From: Auanema rhodensis
Taxonomy: Eukaryota > Animalia > Nematoda
Reading direction: 5' to 3'
DNA: 64,000 nucleotides
Assembly (NCBI GenBank): GCA_964057225.1
Contig: OZ059895.1
Coordinates: 8,370,001 to 8,434,000 of the forward strand
Shown one piece after another: positions 54,344 to 64,000 of the stretch. Position 1 is the stretch's first letter, and each line of letters opens with the position of its first letter. A model generated the notes under the pieces. It saw only the letters and a program-made list of their open reading frames with translations, was not told the origin of the DNA and ran no database searches. The position numbers and the translations under genes are program-made.

Positions 54344-57300
54344 TTAAGCAGCGGTGATGATGCGTACAGTGTTAGTGAAACCAGCTCCTAGAAATATGAA
54401 TTGCATGAGTCTTCAAAATTCTTATATGAAAAATACCTTGTCTCCATCCAGTCACAACGACGAGGAAATCCCCCTTATGAATAAAACCTCTTTCTTTTCC
54501 AATGGAGATACCATGGTTAATTCTGTTGTCAACATCAGCTGGCCAATCAGCATTTCTTTCGGCGTGATAGTGGATAGGGAACACACCTCTGAGAAAGAGA
54601 AGAAGTCTTGAATAATATAACCTTAAAATAACAAACCTGTACAAATGAAGCTGACGACATACAGCAGCAGATCGGGAGATAGTCAAGATGGGTACTGGAC
54701 TCTTATAGCGAGAGCAATGAATAGCCGAACTAAAGGATATATTTTAATGCATAAATAAGATCATCCTATGATAGCGTACCGTCCAGTAGTAGTAATAACC
54801 AAAATTGCCGAAGCGTGGCAACTGTTAGCAGCACTTGTTGCTGCAATAGCAATGGTATGAGTCATATCAGTTGGTTTTGGAGTATTTAAAAGAAGTTCCT
54901 CGAAAAATTTACGGTGATATACAGCTGCTTCTGCTTCCTATAGAAAAAGAAAGTAATTGCATAATTTGAACTGCTAACCTTGCAGATATAATGCATAATT
55001 TTTAAAGCTTCCAATGGGTAGTCTCCCTTAGCAGTTTCTCCAGAAAGCATGACACAATCAGCTCCATCGAGCACCTTAAGAATGAAAATGTACAGAATTC
55101 TAAATCCTGTTCGTTTAAAATTTAGATGTATAGAGTGGTACAGGTAGTCAACCAATGAAATGCTAACCACGTATCAATACTCTAGTCACTATCGGACCAA
55201 CTTAGCACCGTTGATCTAAACTCGAACAACTGTAACTCTGTGGCCCCCTATGCATCGGTGGGGGTCGAACCGTCGACCTTACAAATACAATCTAGATTGT
55301 ATCCCACTAGGCTACACTACTCATCAGTCGTATCTCTCTGTTTCACTTACAGCGTTGGCAACATCACTTCCTTCTGCACGTGTCGGGCGTGGTTTCTTGA
55401 CCATGGACTCTAACATTTGAGTAGCACAAATCACAGGCTTTCCTGCACGATTGCACTTTGCGATAAGCATCTGAAAGAGGGATATATTTAATACGTGAAT
55501 AACAGATATTTTGGAGAGATATGAAAAATAAAAGTGTAAAATAAAGCACGCATAACCCTACCAAATGCTTTACATCTTAGAATACGAAAATGAAAATTAC
55601 GTCAATAAAATCAAAAGTGTACCTTCTGAGCCAAAAATACTTTTTCGGAAGGAATTTCAATTCCAAGATCTCCACGAGCAACCATAACACCATCTGATTC
55701 AGCAATGATCTCATCGGCTTTATCAACACCTTCTTGGTTTTCTATTTTTGCAATAATCTTGATGTGCTTTCCTTCTTCTCCAAGAACTCGACGAATAGTT
55801 TTAATGCCCTCTGCGTTACGAATGAAAGAGGCGAAGATCATGTCAACATTTTGATCAACTCCGAAACGCAAATCCTGAAACAAGCAAGCTACAGGAACAT
55901 TCTTTCATGAGAAAGAGAACCTTGATATCCTTCTCTGACACAGCTGGCAAATCAACAATAGTACCAGGAAGGTTAACTCCCTTTCTGCTTCCTACAAATT
56001 AAATGAAAACGTAGGAACAAAGAAGAACAAACATACCGAGGCTTCCGCCATTTTCAACTGTGCAAACGATGGCATCTTCCAAAACTTCATCAACAACCAA
56101 TGAGATCAAACCGTCATCAACATAGATGCGGTTTCCAACCTTGACAACCTAATATAATTAAAAGATTAAAAAAAAAATTCGGTTAAAACAGCACCTTGGT
56201 AATATTTTTGTAATCAAGGAAAAGGTTAACAGCGGTTCCGGAATTAGCGAATTTCTCATCGGTAGACAAGCGTATGGAATTACCTTTTACAAGTTCAACC
56301 TAAAAACATGTTGAATATTTGAAAAGTGAGAGATTTCACCTCAGCAGAGGGTCCACCAGCCAAAAGTCCAGTACGAATTTCAGGTCCTTTAGTATCAAGT
56401 GCAATACCGATCTGTCTAACATCAGAGAAAGACTCAGCAGCAGCACGTACATTAGCAATTGTCTCAGCATGATACTAAAATCAAACAAACACCATGATTA
56501 AAATAAGAAAATATTTTTTACTTCATGTGATCCATGTGAGAAGTTCATACGAGCAACGTTAAGTCCATTTTGAATCATTTGCTGGAGCATTTCAACACTA
56601 CGGCAAGCAGGTCCTAAATTAGAAATATTTATTAAAAATCATTAAACAAATATAAACCAATGGTGCAGATGATTCCAGTTTTACGAACAAGATGAGGTGG
56701 CTCACGAATATCCAAACGGCAGAGATGTTCCAAATGAGTAGCTGCTGGAGCATCCTCAAGCTTTTGTTCTTGCCTAAACAATTAGATTTAAATAAATAAT
56801 CAAAGAAAAAAAGAAAAATATCCAGGTAAAAAAATTTAGTATAGCCTAGATCAAGGAATAAAGCACCTTAGCCCTTGTTGAAACCATCGATAAGTCATAA
56901 CGAACACCACCAACTTGTTCGAATATCAGATATTAAATAGAGTTTTAATAGCTCCAATATTTTATAACAAAACGTAAGTTTTCGTCACTCGGAAAGCAGA
57001 AAAGGATAGAAAAGAAACTGAAGAAACTGTTATCCTAACAAACGTCCCGTTCGCAGCCGAAGAATAAAAGACGGCTCATTGGCAAATAATTATCCGAAAA
57101 AGCGTTGAATGTTGTACATAGTTCATACAAGTGTTTATTATGAGCAATTGATACTTATTTGTTATTGCCACAGTTTGTAAACTTACATATCGTAACCTGT
57201 TTGGTTCAATTCATGTTGAAGCCGAGTTCCATCCATGATTATTCCAAAAATATGGTTTTATCTGAACAATGCTGCTAAACGACTAATAGAAGACAAAGCC

Positions 57301-58391
57301 AGAACGATAAAAACGGAGAAACAAGGGCGCCGAAAAATCAGAAAATTCCAGATTGATTTTCGAAAATCACCGATGAGCAACAAAGGGAATACACTACATT
57401 GCCGACATGTTTTCGAAAATCAAATTAGATTTTTTTTACCGGCGAAAAAGCGCAGCATTAAAAAGCAAAAAGGTGATTTTTTTGCAGAATTTAGGCTAGC
57501 AAGAAGTTAACCAAACCACAGCCGACTCAATCAGACATAACGAACAGCAGGCGCTTCGTCCGGGTCGATTGGCGCCCTGGCTCAACTCAATGCTGCTGCT
57601 TGCTGCTGCCGCTCGAAAAGCGCCAGCTATCTCCCGACTTCCTACACAAATAGAAAAAACAAATGATACAAGCTATTGGGATTAGTTCGGACAGCAGAAA
57701 AACACTAATAGAAACACGAATACATATTATTTCTTAAGTTTGAGCCGTGGCGAGACAAACAAACTGATTCTACATGTGAATGAAGAAGAAATGTTGATAA
57801 AACCATTTCTAGAAGAATGGCGTAAGATCAACTATATTATCGGTTTTTCGCCTATTTCTCTCTTCTTCACATTAGCACATCTTAGAAAGCAACAAAGACT
57901 CCTAAATGGGTCGATAACCAATTTCTCTATCTCTCCGTTACAGAAGAAAAAACAAAAAGTCTGAACAGATGGACAATTGTTTCACAAAATCATATGAAAT
58001 GCACGTGTTTTACGAGTCGAAGCGCGCAGGTCGCACACGCAATGGTGCCACCCGGAGCATGGCTGCCGACGCTCGCTCAAACACCATTACACAGTAAAAT
58101 TTCATGTTTGTAATATTCCCCATTCAAAATTGTGAAAACTTTGAAAACATGAAAAAGACCGTTCTATTGTAACTAAAGAAGTGTCCCACAAAAAAATTGA
58201 CACTACCATTATTATAAATTTCTAAACAATATGGAAAATAAAATCTCATATTCAACTACTATGTGAAATAACATATCTCATTACCTAAAATATACACCGG
58301 AGTGTTCTTCTTCAACAGTCATACGACGAGTCAGAGTTTGTCTGCGTGACGTGGCTGGACCAGTGTGCCCTAAGGTATCTTCGTCGGCCAT
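54344..58391 (-). CDS. pyk-1: Pyruvate kinase with alternatively spliced N-terminus
   Basis: [83 protein letters not shown]. First exon 58298-58391 encodes [31 protein letters not shown]. Confidence 0.95.
55124..55248 (-). ncRNA. Candidate box H/ACA snoRNA in pyk-1 intron 55075-55350
   Basis: Two hairpins with internal pockets: GGGCCA...TGGTCC and TAGAGT...ACTCTA (upper stem GTGGTTAGC/GTTGACTAC). ACA lies 14 nt from the top of the second pocket and is followed by TCT-AAA-TTTT. The hinge ATAGTGA is an imperfect H box. Confidence 0.7.
55251..55322 (-). promoter_or_regulatory. tRNA-like (pseudo-tRNA) Pol III internal promoter immediately upstream of the snoRNA
   Basis: A box TAGCCTAGTGG (55304-55314) and B box GGTTCGACCC (55262-55271) at tRNA spacing. 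No proper acceptor stem, and the anticodon arm is replaced by the palindrome ATACAATCTAGATTGTAT. Confidence 0.7.
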
Positions 58392-59378
58392 TCTGTAATA
58401 TAAATCTCTACAAAGTAGCTGAAAATAAAACAAATTGACAACATGTTATAGACAAAAATGATAGAAACATCGCATTTGTTATCACTGTTGCACGATAGAA
58501 GAAACTAAATAGTCTGCTGACTAAAGGTTGACGCCTCTACGGTAACATGATGCACCTTTATGTTTGAAAATCCGTGATAAACGAAGAAGTATAAAAGAGA
58601 AAAAAGAAACAACATATTAGTATGAATTTATGAGGCAACTTCAAAACGAATATTATCAATAAATCAGCTTCTTTTGAATTTAGAAGAATGCATTAAGAAT
58701 GACGATTTTGGCTTGAACACGCATTGTTATTAAAACAACTACTAGTATGGTCACCAGAGAGAATGAAAAAATTACGATACACTGAATTCTCATTCGTAAA
58801 ACGAAGCTATCACAATGATGATTGAACAAAACACGTATGGTATTAATAATATGAAAGTTGTTTACAGTGATGTTTCAGCCTTGGAATTATGATCACTGAC
58901 CGAACACTGGCGCACTACGAATCTTACTGAATTATTAATATATACAGAATACAATCTACCGCATAGCTCATTCAAAATCAAATCAGGCGCTAAATAAGTA
59001 GAGCAAAATTACCAATGTTTGTGGTCATCTTATTGAAGTTTGTATTTGATCAATATACAATTTTTGTATATAAACCAGTTTAACAACTATCATTATTTTG
59101 AACGAGACCGTAATATAATTCTTGAAGACTAGGATTAACTAACAAAAACTACTACTAAGTTTGACAATTCCTAACGCTCCGTTGGTTCCACCAGAACTTT
59201 TCCATCAGAACCACATCATATGCCCCCATTTTTCCTTTAGAATTTCTTATTGTCATTTTATCGTTTTATGTTTTTGTATGACTTTGCATAATATAGATTG
59301 AAGAAAACATGTTAAACAAAACAACCGCCTTTATTTGTAAAAAAAGAGATAACGATTGTAACAAACAAAACAATAACT

Positions 59379-62483
<3,105 letters not shown>

Positions 62484-62833
62484 TATTAAATGCTACACGC
62501 TGCCCTAAGCAACTTCCCTAGAAAACAACTAGGAGGGACAACCGCACAGGAGAGGCGGCGTTGAAGAGTGAAGATAAAACGTTGATGGATTCTTGGTACA
62601 CACGAACTGCATTGAAAGACACGGTGATACGCAGCGTATTACGGTACGCGGGAATTTGAAACTCTTTTTCTTTCTTAAGTTTTTTTAATTTTCCGATTTA
62701 TTAATCGAACGGTTTGTAGTTTAATCAACTTGTAGTTCTTCATCTTTGAAAATCATCCTTGATATTATGACACAATTTAATATTTAAATTTAATTCTCGG
62801 TTTTTTCTAGTTTTTGGGTTATTTACACTTATT

Positions 62834-64000
62834 ATGGAAAATAAAGAGGGAGATATAATTGTTGATTCTACTACATCAGATAATAGTTCAGCTTTGAGCG
62901 AACTTTCAAACAGCAATGAATCTAAAGTAAATTGTATTTTTCTTCAATCAAACTTGTAATTTTTGAATATTTTAAGAAGGAGTTAAGAGCAAAAAGATTA
63001 TTGGAACGCTTACGTTTATCTGGATTAGATGTTCCTAAGATCAATAGTGGAAATACAGAAATAGATCTTTCTCAGACGACGGTATCTTTATAAAAACATT
63101 ATTCACTTACGCTTTATTCTGTAAAGGATGATGATAGTTTGTGGTTGCAACAAAGATTCCCGACCTTAGCGAGTAAAAAAAAATGTGGAAAAGTAGAGTA
63201 TGTGAAAAATTGCTTTTAAAAAGTAAATATCATCTTTCTAGATCGGCTGTGGTTCCTGGAAGTCTGTGAACTCGTATTATAGTTTAAATGATAAATGTTT
63301 TTCAGAAGTTCCTTCTAAATTGGTTAAGATTTCTCTTAGAAATAGTCTTAGAGCTAAAACTAGAGCCATGTTAGAACGGCGACGTGAATTATATAATGAA
63401 GATAACCAAGATATTTTTGATGTAGAAGAAGATGAAGAGCCCGAGTATGAAGAAAGGTTGTCATTTAGATGTTTTGTATTTTTTAAACTGTTTATCTTTA
63501 GAAAGAAGAAAAAAGTAGTAAAACCTGTTACAGAATCGGATGAAGAAAATGACGATGATTGGGGTTTGTTTAATTAGCTTCTACTGTAATTATATATATA
63601 TATATATGCCTATTTTTAGTCGAAGATGAGTCAGGGTCTGAAGAAGGAAGTGAAGATGATGAAGCTGAAGATGAAGCAATGACTGATAATGAGGAATGTG
63701 AGAATGTAGATGATAAGCTCAAAAAGAAAACGAGTGACGAAGACAAAGTTCCTGAAAATATGGAAATTGAAGACAAAGAATTAGAAAACTGCAGCCAACA
63801 GAATGAGGATGAACTAACAGACGAGGTCACTTATTGTGTGTTATTTTTTTAAATATTTGATTTAAGATATCTATTTCTGATAGTACGGTGTTTCCCACTA
63901 GTTTGTCTCAATGGTTCAACGATGATAACAAGTTCAGTGTTTAGTCAGTATTCATAATAAAATATCCATTTTCAGTGAAAAAAATGAGTTGATTACGCCA
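62834..64000 (+). CDS. Acidic protein, probably claspin (clsp-1-like); runs off the window
   Basis: Multi-exon ORF from ATG 62834 with AMLERRRELYNEDN followed by long E/D tracts. It is divergent from eef-2, as recalled for clsp-1 in C. elegans; identity rests mostly on that synteny. Confidence 0.6.

Noticed and set aside
55251-55322. Functional tRNA gene
   Set aside because: A and B boxes are present, but there is no 7-bp acceptor stem or 7-nt anticodon loop; treated as a pseudo-tRNA promoter.
58479-58660. TGATAA/GATA sites upstream of pyk-1 (also near 20217 and 20689)
   Set aside because: Density is not clearly above chance at this AT content.
58815-58899. Possible C/D snoRNA (ATGATGA...CTGA, plus strand)
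   Set aside because: No terminal stem and no convincing guide complementarity next to the D box; such boxes are common by chance in AT-rich DNA.

Overview
AT-rich, gene-dense eukaryotic DNA from a rhabditid (clade V-like) nematode, with very short (~42-55 nt) spliceosomal introns. It holds 16 multi-exon protein-coding genes: tat-5 (P4-ATPase), an equilibrative nucleoside transporter, usp-5, ZFR, a MARVEL-like membrane protein, hxk-1, rpoa-2, a PHYHIP-like gene, a SETD4-like gene, CHTOP, fer-1, an MSP-domain gene, lrk-1, pyk-1, eef-2 and a partial claspin-like gene. No prokaryotic-type system or intact transposon is visible. The most interesting signals are at the RNA level: (1) a tRNA-like Pol III promoter fused to an H/ACA snoRNA inside a pyk-1 intron; (2) a candidate poison exon in the dsRNA-binding protein gene ZFR whose 5' splice site lies in a perfect 13-bp duplex; (3) alternative exons and micro-exons in pyk-1, hxk-1 and tat-5; (4) a long G-U-containing hairpin in eef-2 intron 1; (5) relaxed splice signals (many AAG acceptors, one GAG acceptor, two GC-AG introns). 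Gene names come from recognising motifs by eye, and exon structures were spliced by hand; no searches were run.
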